A DNA stretch of 64,000 nt from a virus. Taxonomy: Duplodnaviria; Caudoviricetes. The DNA is taken from positions 1 through 64,000 of IMG/VR virus record IMGVR_UViG_3300047160_003616, one strand, 5' to 3'. Both the position numbers and the translations under genes were made by a program. Under the pieces are notes generated by a model. The model did no database searches. It was not told where the DNA came from and was given only the letters and a program-made list of their open reading frames with translations. Shown in pieces: positions 9,739 to 18,785 of this stretch (position 1 is the stretch's first letter; each line of letters starts with the position of its first letter).

Positions 9739-9939
9739 CTAGTGATGAGGGTATCGCCACGGATCATGCCGGTGGATATAGTCCTCCCGGGCTCGGCGCA
9801 GGCGTTCCTGGACCTGCCACTGCTGGTGCCAGTCGGAGGAGTACAGGTTGGCCAAGATGGCGAACTCCACGGCCAGCTCGGCCTTGGCCTCCTCGGACAG
9901 CTCGTCATGGATCGGGTCCGGGCGCTTGGTCGGTTCCAT
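9739..9939 (-). CDS. Hypothetical protein (66 aa)
   Basis: ORF with AAGG RBS and phage-like codon use. Confidence 0.55.
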   Translation of the reverse strand: MEPTKRPDPIHDELSEEAKAELAVEFAILANLYSSDWHQQWQVQERLRRAREDYIHRHDPWRYPHH

Positions 9940-10006
9940 ACCTTTTTATCCCAGCTCAGAACGCAGAAAACCGCCGCCCAGGGGGCGACGGCTCTGCTAT
10001 CGAAGG

Positions 10007-10516
10007 TTAGACCGGACCTTTGCGCCCGGCCCGTACCGCGGCACGCCGCCTCTGCTCACGCTTGCGCGTGTTCTTCAGCAGCCCCTCGGCGTCGGCCAGT
10101 GCGGGCTTGAGGAACTCGCCGCGGGCCTCGGCCAGCTTGACGGCCACCTGCTTGAGCGCCGAAGGGTTACGCCGGGCGTTCAGCCGGGTGGTCGCCTTAC
10201 GGTTCTTGGTCAGCTCGCACTGGATCATGCCGACCGTCATCGCCAGCTGATTGGTGTTGAGCCGCTCGGTGATGCGATAGCCGTCGGCCTCGGTCCACAC
10301 CCAGACATGGCCCTTGCACTTGGGCAGCTTCTCGACCTCCTCGTCACCGAAGGCAGTCAGCGCGTTGCCCACGGTCTCCCCGGAGACCACGCCGATTTCG
10401 TCGGCCAGATCCTCCTGGCTCATCAGCGGGCAGCCCGCCTCCTGCCACTCCCAGATGGCCTTGATCGCCGCCCGGGCGATTTCCCGCCGGGTCAACGGGA
10501 CCTGCGGGGTGCTCAT
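10007..10516 (-). CDS. Putative winged-helix DNA-binding protein
   Basis: MSQEDLADEIGVVSGETVGNAL HTH-like segment, beta-wing (VWVWTEADGYRIT) and helical tail; ATGA overlap. Confidence 0.55.
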   Translation of the reverse strand: MSTPQVPLTRREIARAAIKAIWEWQEAGCPLMSQEDLADEIGVVSGETVGNALTAFGDEEVEKLPKCKGHVWVWTEADGYRITERLNTNQLAMTVGMIQCELTKNRKATTRLNARRNPSALKQVAVKLAEARGEFLKPALADAEGLLKNTRKREQRRRAAVRAGRKGPV

Positions 10517-11325
10517 GAGGACACCTGCTCAAAGGTGAAGACCTCCGCGGCGATGGCCAGATCGGTGGTGAAACGCTGGATCTTGCGCACCACCCTCAGC
10601 TCGTGAGGATCTCCGGTCTGGCCCCACTGCTCGACCAGCTCGGCCATCTTGTGCGCGGCCAGCTTGACGTGAGTACGGACCCCCACCAGGGCGTCGTAAC
10701 GTGCCACCGACTCGGCACCCTGCCCGAGAAGGTTGCCCGACTCGGAGTCGTCCAGCTCGTCGTACTCGTCCTCGTAGTCGTCTACGAAGTCCTCCTCGTC
10801 GGCCCCGTCGGCGATGGCCTTCTCCTTGGCCGCCTTGGCCAGGGCTGCGGTGTAGCGGCGCAATGCCTGCACGGCGATCTTGGCCAGCTCGGGATTGGCC
10901 TGCAGGGCGTCCTCCATGAGGTGGTCCAGCACGGCCTCAGCCTTGGTCGGGTCGTTGTCGACGGCCTCGATGACCTCCTTGAGCCCGGCCTGACGCTTGG
11001 ACACCTTCTTGCCGTCGGCGCGGGTGTAGCGCATGTCCTCGTACAGCTCGTCCCACACCTTCTGGGTCAGCCCCACGGCGTCGAAGTCGTACTCGGTCTC
11101 CGCGGTGAACTCCTTGACCGCGACGATGTATCCGGCGTCGGCCGCCAGATTCAGCGTCTTGACGTAGCGGTCCACCGTGGCCAGACTGCAGCCGATGGCC
11201 TCGGCCGCGCCTTTGCGGCCCAGCTGGGCGAACACCCGCCCGTAGCGCAGGGCGATGTCGCGCACCCCACCCTTGTTCTCGTACTCGCGGATGACCGCGA
11301 TGTCCTCTGCAATGGTGTGACTCAT
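10513..11325 (-). CDS. Hypothetical protein, possible HTH (AAEAIGCSLATVDRY)
   Basis: 270-aa ORF downstream of a TATACT -10 and the CAACCAGG motif. Confidence 0.7.
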   Translation of the reverse strand: MSHTIAEDIAVIREYENKGGVRDIALRYGRVFAQLGRKGAAEAIGCSLATVDRYVKTLNLAADAGYIVAVKEFTAETEYDFDAVGLTQKVWDELYEDMRYTRADGKKVSKRQAGLKEVIEAVDNDPTKAEAVLDHLMEDALQANPELAKIAVQALRRYTAALAKAAKEKAIADGADEEDFVDDYEDEYDELDDSESGNLLGQGAESVARYDALVGVRTHVKLAAHKMAELVEQWGQTGDPHELRVVRKIQRFTTDLAIAAEVFTFEQVSS

Positions 11326-11468
11326 GTTGCTGAGCTTACCTCGATTCTGCCCTCACGGGCCTGGTTGTTGTAGAAGGTAACCGCAGTATAGCACCTATAA
11401 TTCCCTCCTAATCGAGCCTCTTTTGACGGGGTTAACCTATCATGTTAATTTCGCTGGTCAGCGGGCCG

Positions 11469-11858
11469 TCAATCCGGCCACTGACCCTCCCAGACATGCT
11501 GCTCGGCCAGGTAGCGCCCGATGCGATACACCACGGTGCAGTTGTCGGCAGCGATCCGCAGTAGGGCATCCCGGAAACAGAAGGGCGTCCGTGCCCAGGT
11601 GCAACAATGCCCATAGTCCTCATCGGGCGGCAGCAGCCCGCAGTGCTGAGTGGTCCCGTGGGTCAGGGTCAGGCTGATCGCCGGATTGACCGTGAAGCCG
11701 GGGGCCGGATACGCGCAGTGCTCCAGAAACTCGGGCGAGATCCAGATCTTAGGGTCGGCGCGCTCGATAGTGCAGCCCTTGCCGCCCTCGCCGATCCACC
11801 AGAACACCTGGCACACTCCTCCTGGGCCGCCGCCGATGTTTTGGTGACAGGCGATCAT
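11469..11858 (-). CDS. Cys-rich hypothetical protein ending WPD
   Basis: Restarted at MIACHQ, which overlaps the upstream stop. Confidence 0.55.
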   Translation of the reverse strand: MIACHQNIGGGPGGVCQVFWWIGEGGKGCTIERADPKIWISPEFLEHCAYPAPGFTVNPAISLTLTHGTTQHCGLLPPDEDYGHCCTWARTPFCFRDALLRIAADNCTVVYRIGRYLAEQHVWEGQWPD

Positions 11859-12049
11859 CAGTCCTCGCAGTGACACAGCGCCGGGCACACCAGCTGGTGC
11901 AGGCAGATCCAGATCTCGGCGCGCAGAGGGGTCAGCGGGGGGTCGGTCTCCGCGGTGAAGATGCACCGCTGCCCGCACATGCCACAGCCGACCTGATCCA
12001 GCTGAGCGTCTTCGGGGATGTGCACGGTGACCTCCTTGCCTACAGACAA
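11858..12049 (-). CDS. Small Cys-rich protein
   Basis: CGMC and CLHQLVC motifs; TGATG overlap with the next gene. Confidence 0.5.
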   Translation of the reverse strand: MSVGKEVTVHIPEDAQLDQVGCGMCGQRCIFTAETDPPLTPLRAEIWICLHQLVCPALCHCED

Positions 12050-12151
12050 ATTCTAACGTGCGGGCCGACGACCCGAACGCACCGGCGGTATCGGATCTGT
12101 GATAAAACCAGGGGATTCGACCAGCCTCCCCTCCCACCGAAAGGCTTCAGT

Positions 12152-12331
12152 GTGCCCGTCATCGACAACCAGATGATCACCGACCTGCGCGGCCTGGCCC
12201 GGGAGGTTCGGGAGCTGGCCTATACCGGGCACCACGACAAGGAGGCGGCCCTCCTGTCGCTGAGCAACCGGCTCAACGAACAGGTGGGCCGCATCGAGGC
12301 GTGCGCGCTGATCTCTTCGATGCCGCGCTAG
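12152..12331 (+). CDS. Rare plus-strand small protein (59 aa)
   Basis: GTG start after GAAAGG; strong GC3 bias; stop overlaps the convergent gene stop (CTAG). Confidence 0.5.
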   Translation: MPVIDNQMITDLRGLAREVRELAYTGHHDKEAALLSLSNRLNEQVGRIEACALISSMPR

Positions 12332-13029
12332 AGCACGAGCAGGGCCAACAGGGCCCCCACACACGTACCTACGCCACTGCCGACCAGACCGCACAGCCAT
12401 CGCGGTGGCCAGTCCCGGCCTCCGCCCCCGCCGGGGGCCTGCACGGCATTGGAGGTGTCCTCGTCCAGCTCGTCGCCGGGCATCCAACTGCGCGCCCTCA
12501 TGACCGGGCCGAACTGCAACTCGCGGGCCAGCCGGTCGTGATATTCGGCCTCTAGTCGCCGGGCATGCAGGGCGTCCTGGCGGTCACGCCGCTCATAGTC
12601 GCGGGCCAGTGTGCCGTTGTAGCTGTTGGTCAGCCGCTGGGAGCGCGTCGGGGAGCAGTAGCAGTACCAGTCACGGTCGCCGTAAGTGCTGTAGTAGCGG
12701 CTGCGCTCCTCGTAGCGGCGCAGTTGAGCCAGTCGCCTGGCCTGTTCCAGGGTCTCATCGGCCCACTCACGGGTCGGGGCCGGGGGGATCACCGCGGGTG
12801 CAGCCAGCCGGGCCCGGCCGAAGGCCTCGGCACACTCGGGGCAGCGGCCGACTTCGCCGTCATGGGGCTTATCGCAATCCCAGCAGATGGCCTTGTGCTC
12901 GGTCGGGGTAAAGACAATCGGGCCCACCGTGATGCGCTCCTGGGGCACCAGCAGCAGATTGCCGTCGTGCTCGATCTCAGGGGTTGGGAAGTCCAGCTCC
13001 TCTAGTTCTCGATCAGGCGCGATGGTCAT
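12328..13029 (-). CDS. Hypothetical membrane protein with CxxC motifs
   Basis: CWDC/CPEC motifs and a C-terminal hydrophobic helix. Confidence 0.65.
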   Translation of the reverse strand: MTIAPDRELEELDFPTPEIEHDGNLLLVPQERITVGPIVFTPTEHKAICWDCDKPHDGEVGRCPECAEAFGRARLAAPAVIPPAPTREWADETLEQARRLAQLRRYEERSRYYSTYGDRDWYCYCSPTRSQRLTNSYNGTLARDYERRDRQDALHARRLEAEYHDRLARELQFGPVMRARSWMPGDELDEDTSNAVQAPGGGGGRDWPPRWLCGLVGSGVGTCVGALLALLVL

Positions 13030-13071
13030 GGCACTCCTCTCAAATTGGTGGGGTGCCTCATTGTAAAACTT

Positions 13072-13269
13072 CTACAGCGGTTCCACGATGGCGAATACCG
13101 CGGCCATCGGCCGCGGTGGTTTGGCCCCGTTGAGTACCTTGCGCAGCGCCTTGTCCAGGTGCGCCGCACAGCACACCAACGGCTCGGCGGTCCCGGCCTG
13201 CCGGGTGGTCCAGGTGGCCGCCCGCTTGCACACCGGCAAGAAGCACTCCGCTACCCCGTTGTCCCCCAT
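13072..13269 (-). CDS. Small Cys/His protein
   Basis: MGDNGVAECFLPVC...CCAAH. Confidence 0.5.
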   Translation of the reverse strand: MGDNGVAECFLPVCKRAATWTTRQAGTAEPLVCCAAHLDKALRKVLNGAKPPRPMAAVFAIVEPL

Positions 13270-13439
13270 ATCGCCTCCCTGGCCGCCGTGTAGTGCGTCT
13301 GGCACAGGTCCAGATCGCTCGGGTCCTCATCGTAGAAGGTGACTCGGCCCCAGCCGTGCGCACTGCGGGGCACGTCGGGAACCAGCTCGATCATGGCCGT
13401 ACAGCCGGGGGCGTCACAGTGCAGTTCCATTGGCCTCAT
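13251..13439 (-). CDS. Small Cys/His protein (CDAPGC...DLCQTH)
   Basis: Common phage zinc-binding pattern. Confidence 0.55.
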   Translation of the reverse strand: MRPMELHCDAPGCTAMIELVPDVPRSAHGWGRVTFYDEDPSDLDLCQTHYTAAREAIWGTTG

Positions 13440-13641
13440 CTATCCAGCGAACCGTGGTCGCCCCGTCATGGCCGTGGATCGCCTCCATGGCCGCGATGTT
13501 GTCGTAGAACGCGGAGGAGGATAGCGCGGTCTTCCAGCGCAGCGCCACCGTCCCGTCATAGAATTGCACACCCTCGGCCACCTCCCCGGTGCCACTGGTG
13601 CCGCTGATGTCCTCCGCACGGTCGAGCACAAAACGTCGCAT
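13414..13641 (-). CDS. Conserved phage hypothetical protein
   Basis: GTGEVAEGVQFYDGTVALRW...IHGHDGATTVRW pattern typical of a widespread phage family; CAACCAGG upstream. Confidence 0.75.
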   Translation of the reverse strand: MRRFVLDRAEDISGTSGTGEVAEGVQFYDGTVALRWKTALSSSAFYDNIAAMEAIHGHDGATTVRWIDEANGTAL

Positions 13642-13705
13642 AGGGGTACCGCCCTGGTTGTAGGTCCCCGCCCCGCGCACAGCATACTATTAGGTATGTG
13701 TTGAG

Positions 13706-13888
13706 TTAAAGTCCCGTACTGTTGGAATCTTTTTCGCCGTCAATGGCTTCCAGAATCGCAGTGAAATGGTCGCGCAACGTGGCGAACAGCGGTCCCTTGT
13801 CGGCCAGCATAACGGTGATCATCAGGCCCTCAAAGGCCCGCAGGCGGGCCTGGGCGATCAGCTCCTCATCGGTGTGGACTTCGCTCAT
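13706..13888 (-). CDS. Hypothetical protein (60 aa)
   Basis: ATGA overlap at MSEVHTDEE. Confidence 0.55.
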   Translation of the reverse strand: MSEVHTDEELIAQARLRAFEGLMITVMLADKGPLFATLRDHFTAILEAIDGEKDSNSTGL

Positions 13889-14271
13889 GCCTCGATCACC
13901 CGGGTGCGCCGCGGACGGCCGATGCGCACGTAGAACACCTCGCCGTCGGGGCTGGGGTGAATCCCGGAGGCGGTGATCACCAGACAGCCCGGCTCGTCCA
14001 GGGTGATCGGCTCGGAGAGAGGCAGCTCCAGGGTGCCCAGCCAGAGCACGTCGTAGGTGCCCGCGGACAGGTCCACGGTGTAGGCCCGACCGACCGGGCC
14101 GTCCACCCGGATGGCGTTGGGAGCCATCCGCCCGGAGTCGAAGCGGGTGGGCACACACTCCGGGCAGATGCACTTGCCGCCCTTGAGGGATTGGTGGGAG
14201 GACCGCCAGTAATGCGCGTCCTCGCCGCCGTGCAGCTGCCAGTCGACTAGGGCATCAATGTCCTTCAGCAC
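13885..14271 (-). CDS. Hypothetical protein (128 aa)
   Basis: ORF in the operon chain with a CICPEC motif. Confidence 0.55.
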   Translation of the reverse strand: MLKDIDALVDWQLHGGEDAHYWRSSHQSLKGGKCICPECVPTRFDSGRMAPNAIRVDGPVGRAYTVDLSAGTYDVLWLGTLELPLSEPITLDEPGCLVITASGIHPSPDGEVFYVRIGRPRRTRVIEA

Positions 14272-14809
14272 CTTGTCTTCGGGCCTGGGTTTTTTCCTGA
14301 CAGTCAGGACACACCTCGATTCTCTGCACCGAGGCTATCGCGGCCAGATGCCAGATGCACCCAGATGCACAATCCCAGCCGTAGTACCAGTTCGGCCCGA
14401 ACAGCCGGTGATCGTGATGATAGGGCGTGATGATCAGGCCGTCGTAGTCGGCGACGACCTTGCGCCAGTCGATGGGCCAGTGACGGCGGAGGTGAGTCTC
14501 CTCACCAAGGATGCCCGCCATCCGGCGCTCGTACTCGGTCTCCACGGCATAGGCGAACTGGAAGGCCGCCAGCTCGGCATCGGTGCCGACGTAGCGGATA
14601 TTGGCGTCCTCGCGCAGGTGGATCTGAGAAGCGTGGGTCAGCCCGTCGGTGCAGAAGTCCTCGGCCACACACCAGTGCCACCAGTCGTCCTCGCCGGTGA
14701 CCGAGACCCACAGGCCACTGGGCTTATGGTGCAGCCAGGGCATGGTCTGGATGTAGACGCGGTTGGGGTTGTAATCCCATGGGGTCTCGCTGTAGTGGAT
14801 CAGTTCCAT
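14255..14809 (-). CDS. Conserved phage hypothetical protein
   Basis: KPSGLWVS, IDWRKVVADYDGLIIT and YGWDCASGCIW motifs; restarted at MELIHYS. Confidence 0.65.
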   Translation of the reverse strand: MELIHYSETPWDYNPNRVYIQTMPWLHHKPSGLWVSVTGEDDWWHWCVAEDFCTDGLTHASQIHLREDANIRYVGTDAELAAFQFAYAVETEYERRMAGILGEETHLRRHWPIDWRKVVADYDGLIITPYHHDHRLFGPNWYYGWDCASGCIWHLAAIASVQRIEVCPDCQEKTQARRQGAEGH

Positions 14810-14814
14810 TGGGT

Positions 14815-15627
14815 CTAGTAAACCAAATTGGGTGTCGCCCCACTGGGATACCAGGCCCGCACGTAGTCCACCAGGAACTGACTCGGGAACGACGACGGGT
14901 AGGGCCCCTGCAAGCCGTGGTTGAACATCACGTACTGCGGCTGGCCGGTGTCCTGCTGCGCGCCGCTGTCGCTGGTTCCGCACGGGAACTGCTTGTAGAG
15001 CTTCCCGTCGATATAGATGATGTTATTCGGCGGCGCGTAGTGAAAGGTCCACACGTGGAACGCCCCGCCCAGGTAGCCGGGGTAGTTGAAGCTCTCGCTC
15101 AACTCGGCGGGCATCCCATAGCCCACGTGGTAGTTGGTCCCGATCACCCCGCTCCACACCTCGGCGATGTCCATCTCCACGGTGACGCTGGGTTCCGGCC
15201 GCTGGCGCAGCACCCAGAACGCGGGCCAGTTGAGATGGTGCGTGCCGTCGCCGGGGAAAAGGCAGCGGGCCTCCCACACGCACTCCGCGCCGATGGCGAA
15301 CCCCTTGCCGGGGCCCGTCGGGTAGGTGGACACCAGCGAGCCGGTCTTGGCGTCGGAGAGCGTGAGCACCAGATTGCCGTTGGCGACGGCGACATTGGAC
15401 GACGGGATGGCGACATCGTTCATGGAGGTGCCAGTGGGCCACGGCTGATAGGACCACAGGTTGGTGTTCAGTGACGAGCCGTTGAAATCGTCGCTCATGG
15501 CCAGCGTCCAGCTGCCGGGAACGCCGAGAGGTTGCGGGGTGGTGGGCGCGGTGTTGATCACCGGGGCGGGCACTGTGAGGGAGCTGGTGGCCCCGTCGGC
15601 CGCGACCAGGTTGACGGTGAGGCTCAT
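14815..15627 (-). CDS. Glycoside hydrolase family 16 protein
   Basis: W.L..SDDFNG..L...W, WPAFW, catalytic ExDxxE (EMDIAE), FHVW, VDYVRAW. Confidence 0.8.
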   Translation of the reverse strand: MSLTVNLVAADGATSSLTVPAPVINTAPTTPQPLGVPGSWTLAMSDDFNGSSLNTNLWSYQPWPTGTSMNDVAIPSSNVAVANGNLVLTLSDAKTGSLVSTYPTGPGKGFAIGAECVWEARCLFPGDGTHHLNWPAFWVLRQRPEPSVTVEMDIAEVWSGVIGTNYHVGYGMPAELSESFNYPGYLGGAFHVWTFHYAPPNNIIYIDGKLYKQFPCGTSDSGAQQDTGQPQYVMFNHGLQGPYPSSFPSQFLVDYVRAWYPSGATPNLVY

Positions 15628-15938
15628 GCGACGGCCGTCGCGGAGAGGCCGTTGGAGGCCACCGTCCACACCCGCCCGCTGGGGTCGGTGACGCCGGTGA
15701 TCTTCACCGACTCGGGCGTGCTGGCCGTGGTGGTGGTGGCCACCGTGGCACTGGACGCGGTGATGCTCTGAGTGGACCCGTCGGCGGCGGTCACGTTGAC
15801 CACAAGGCCGGTCACCGGCTTGGTCGTGGTGGTGCTGGTGGTCAGCACATCCCCACCGGAGATGGTCAGGGTCATGGTGTCCCCGGCGTTGTAGGAGGCT
15901 TTGTCGAGCGTGGCGGTGACGTTCCAGGTGTCAGGCAT
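15624..15938 (-). CDS. Thr-rich beta-sandwich-like protein (possible virion accessory)
   Basis: MPDTWNVTATLDKASYNAGDTMTLTI; ATGA overlap with GH16. Confidence 0.65.
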   Translation of the reverse strand: MPDTWNVTATLDKASYNAGDTMTLTISGGDVLTTSTTTTKPVTGLVVNVTAADGSTQSITASSATVATTTTASTPESVKITGVTDPSGRVWTVASNGLSATAVA

Positions 15939-16010
15939 GCCCTGACGGTACCCATACTCGGCAGTCTGCAAGGTGACGCCACGCCGTACAGAAAGTTTCT
16001 TTTTCTCGTT

Positions 16011-16376
16011 TTAGTCTGGCCAAATTCCCAGCCGCAGGCTGCGCTTGTGGTGCCACTCGGCCAGCTCGTCGGTGAGCACCCAGACCTTGATCTCCTCGGT
16101 GTCCCAGTCGTGCCAGCGCATCCGGGCGTTCACCAACAGGTTGCAGCCCAGCTTCCATTCCTCGGGGAAGGGTGGCTCGGGGACGGCCAGATCCAGCGTC
16201 CAGCGCCCGGCCCGGGTGTTGCCCGCATCGTCGGTTTTCAGCACGGTGTACTGGTGAGCCAGCGGGGAGCACATGAGCATGTGCACCATGGGCATCTCAT
16301 CGAAGTAGAGCCGCGGCTCATCCGGCGGCGGGGCCGCGAAGAAGTAGCACGGGGTGGACTCGTTGACCTCGGTCAT
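16011..16376 (-). CDS. Hypothetical protein ending WPD
   Basis: Restarted at MTEVNES just after the upstream stop. Confidence 0.6.
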   Translation of the reverse strand: MTEVNESTPCYFFAAPPPDEPRLYFDEMPMVHMLMCSPLAHQYTVLKTDDAGNTRAGRWTLDLAVPEPPFPEEWKLGCNLLVNARMRWHDWDTEEIKVWVLTDELAEWHHKRSLRLGIWPD

Positions 16377-16377
16377 G

Positions 16378-16530
16378 TCACCAAGTGCACAGCCCGGACA
16401 GCTCACGTAACCGCGCCGCATAACGGCGTCCAAGCTGGGCCTGTTCGCTCATCTCGCGCAGCACGTTGCCGGGCACCTCAAAGAGGCCCCCGCATTCGGC
16501 CTCGCAGTCGTGGACCTGGGTCTGGCTCAT
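16378..16530 (-). CDS. Small protein (50 aa)
   Basis: Manual translation MSQTQVHDCEAECGG...; ATGA overlap. Confidence 0.5.
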   Translation of the reverse strand: MSQTQVHDCEAECGGLFEVPGNVLREMSEQAQLGRRYAARLRELSGLCTW

Positions 16531-16838
16531 ATCGTCCATTCCGGGGCCTCCTGGCCCATCGGCGTCGGCCTGGTGTAGGGCCGGGGGTGTTTGCGCAGCT
16601 TCATCTTGGACACGTCATAGCCGCGCTCGGCTTCATCAGCCAGCTCCTCGATGGTCTTGCCGTAACGCTTCTCGGCCTCGGCCACATCGGCCGGGGTGGC
16701 ATCGGCGACCGGGGTGCGCTCGCGGTCTAACTCCTCGGGGGTGTAGCGGGCATGATCGCGCACCCGCTCATGATCGGCCTGGCACTCAAACAGGGTCATG
16801 CCGGGATGCCAGGGGCATTGCATGTCGCCGATCTTCAT
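16527..16838 (-). CDS. Hypothetical protein
   Basis: ATGA overlap at MKIGDMQC. Confidence 0.6.
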   Translation of the reverse strand: MKIGDMQCPWHPGMTLFECQADHERVRDHARYTPEELDRERTPVADATPADVAEAEKRYGKTIEELADEAERGYDVSKMKLRKHPRPYTRPTPMGQEAPEWTI

Positions 16839-17056
16839 CGCAGCGGCTCCTTCAGTCGGGCCTTGGTGAGCATCATCGAGACCTCCTGTTTGATCTGGTC
16901 GACGGTGAAGCCGTCGGGACAAGAGGTGAAGAAGTCCCAGGCGATGGCCTTCTCCCGGTCGGTCTCGGGCACCAGTAATGTGTTCTCCTCCACCGGCCTG
17001 CCCTCCTCATCACGCTCGGTCATCCAGGGTGGCATTCCCTCAGTCCTCATGCTCAC
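16835..17056 (-). CDS. Hypothetical protein (start may be 17035)
   Basis: ORF in the operon chain. Confidence 0.5.
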   Translation of the reverse strand: MSMRTEGMPPWMTERDEEGRPVEENTLLVPETDREKAIAWDFFTSCPDGFTVDQIKQEVSMMLTKARLKEPLR

Positions 17057-17300
17057 CTCGCGGGATGGCGTCGATCAGCCGGTCCAGCGTCATCGCCAGC
17101 GCGATGCGCAGGAAATCCTCCTCCAACGGGCCGCCGCCGAAGATCCGGTCTAGGTCTGCCAGCAGGGCAGGGACACCGGGCAACTGCCCATGCCAGCGCA
17201 TCAGGGCCAGATTGCCCAGCAGGCCATCCAGGTTGAACTGGGCCTCAAACTCGGCGAAGCGGCGGTCGTCGTCATCGGCGATGTTCTCGGGCATGCTCAT
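17040..17300 (-). CDS. Hypothetical protein
   Basis: ATGA overlap at MSMPENIA. Confidence 0.55.
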   Translation of the reverse strand: MSMPENIADDDDRRFAEFEAQFNLDGLLGNLALMRWHGQLPGVPALLADLDRIFGGGPLEEDFLRIALAMTLDRLIDAIPRGEHED

Positions 17301-17413
17301 GACACACACTCCTCGTGACATAGCTCGTCGTCCTCATAGGTCACCTCGTCGCCGGGCTCAATAGGCTCGCCACACGCCGCACAGGTGCCGGGGTAGCGGG
17401 CCTCAAAGCTCAC
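17297..17413 (-). CDS. Small zinc-binding protein (38 aa)
   Basis: Manual translation VSFEARYPGTCAACGEPIEPGDEVTYEDDELCHEECVS; GTGA and ATGA overlaps. Confidence 0.6.
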   Translation of the reverse strand: MSFEARYPGTCAACGEPIEPGDEVTYEDDELCHEECVS

Positions 17414-17688
17414 GGGGTGCTCCGATGGTGCCCGTCGCCGGTCTGCGGGTGATACAGCGTCATCTCATTGGGGTGGCGGCGGAACAGCTCGGTGATCACC
17501 GCGGCCTGGTTGGCCTTGACCAGCTCGTCCAACTGGGCCAGCTCGGCCGCGGCTTCGGGGTGGCACTTGCGCAGATGCTCGGTGATCTCGGCGGCCCAGC
17601 CGCCGACGAGGCGCTCGCCTTCCCGGTGCGGGCCCTCCTCGCTGGGCGGCTGATACCCGCACAGCTTGCAGGTGACTTTGTCGGTCAT
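17410..17688 (-). CDS. C2H2-like zinc-finger protein
   Basis: CKLC...HLRKCH; TATAAT and CAACCAGGAGG upstream. Confidence 0.65.
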   Translation of the reverse strand: MTDKVTCKLCGYQPPSEEGPHREGERLVGGWAAEITEHLRKCHPEAAAELAQLDELVKANQAAVITELFRRHPNEMTLYHPQTGDGHHRSTP

Positions 17689-17738
17689 GTTCGGGACCTC
17701 CTGGTTGTAGGTTCACCGATTATAACTCTTCTATAGGG

Positions 17739-18137
17739 TCACCAATTCCTGGCGAAATAAATCCAACATTTGCGCATCTCGGCGTTGGCGTGGGCGCGGA
17801 TCAAGGCCGGGGTGGTCAACGTGGCCCACTCGGCATCGCCATAACGAATACGAACAGCTGTTCGATAACCGTCGCCGACCTCGCCGGTCTTGGCGTTGCG
17901 CACCAGGCAGGCCAGCAGCGGCTCGTCGTGGCACCGGTTGATCTCGGCCACTGCGCAGCACATGCCGTCCACGGTGTTACACCAGTTGAACCCGTTCCCC
18001 GGCTCGGAGGCCCCGCAGGACACCCCGTAGCGCGCCACCAGCACCTGTCGCCAGATCGAGCCGTAGTGGGTGAACGTCCGGTCACTGGCGGTGGTGCTCA
18101 GCATGCCGTAGGCCACGATGCCCAGGTCGACCTTCAT
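17739..18137 (-). CDS. Hypothetical protein (132 aa)
   Basis: CAACCAGGAGGAAT upstream. Confidence 0.7.
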   Translation of the reverse strand: MKVDLGIVAYGMLSTTASDRTFTHYGSIWRQVLVARYGVSCGASEPGNGFNWCNTVDGMCCAVAEINRCHDEPLLACLVRNAKTGEVGDGYRTAVRIRYGDAEWATLTTPALIRAHANAEMRKCWIYFARNW

Positions 18138-18178
18138 TCAAATTCCTCCTGGTTGATTAGCCTGGGCCTTTTATAGCT

Positions 18179-18237
18179 CAATGCGCTCGGCCCGCAAAGC
18201 TAAGCCGAGCGTAGCATCCTTGTCAAGTTTGCTGTGA
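18179..18237 (-). promoter_or_regulatory. SigA-like promoter TTGACA-N18-TAGCTT overlapped by a hairpin
   Basis: Minus strand CTTGACAAGGATGCTACGCTCGGCTTAGCTT. A similar CTTGACAAGAATG occurs near 18730-18743. Confidence 0.5.
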
Positions 18238-18429
18238 CCAGCGGAACCCGAGCCCGGTGCGCGGGGGCATGACGGCCACGTGGATGGTGTCCCCGTGTTC
18301 GGGGTGAAACTCCACCCCGGCGATGGACCACTGGTCCATACCCTTCTCGTCGGTGCCCTCGTGGATCAACTCGCAGTCGATCACCGTGCCGTCACCGCGG
18401 CAGATCTGCACGCCTTCAGGACGGCCCAT
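18223..18429 (-). CDS. Hypothetical protein
   Basis: Restarted at MGRPEGV. Confidence 0.5.
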   Translation of the reverse strand: MGRPEGVQICRGDGTVIDCELIHEGTDEKGMDQWSIAGVEFHPEHGDTIHVAVMPPRTGLGFRWSQQT

Positions 18430-18685
18430 GGCGCATCCTCTGGCATTCGATGCACAGCAGCTTCTCGGGCTGCAACAGATCGGCTCCATTCCACTCGGGC
18501 ATGAAGCGTCGGCACTGCGCGCAGCGGTACTCCTGGGGCGGGTAGTCGCCCCAGGACAGCAGCCCGGTATTGATCTGCACCGGCTCATTGGGGTAGCGCA
18601 GCCCGGCACGGAACGTGGTTTGCTGGCCCGGTGGGCCCTCTTTGCCGTAGTCGGCCAGCTCATTTGCCAGGTCGATTTCAGCCAT
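18416..18685 (-). CDS. Zinc-ribbon protein (CAQC...CIEC)
   Basis: Two CxxC pairs. Confidence 0.6.
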   Translation of the reverse strand: MAEIDLANELADYGKEGPPGQQTTFRAGLRYPNEPVQINTGLLSWGDYPPQEYRCAQCRRFMPEWNGADLLQPEKLLCIECQRMRHGPS

Positions 18686-18785
18686 GATGGTGATCTTTCA
18701 CGGCCCCGCAAGGCTCTGGCCGTGAGCCTAACATTCTTGTCAAGTCGGCCTCACCTCTTCTGCAGCTTGTAATACAAGCCGGGCC

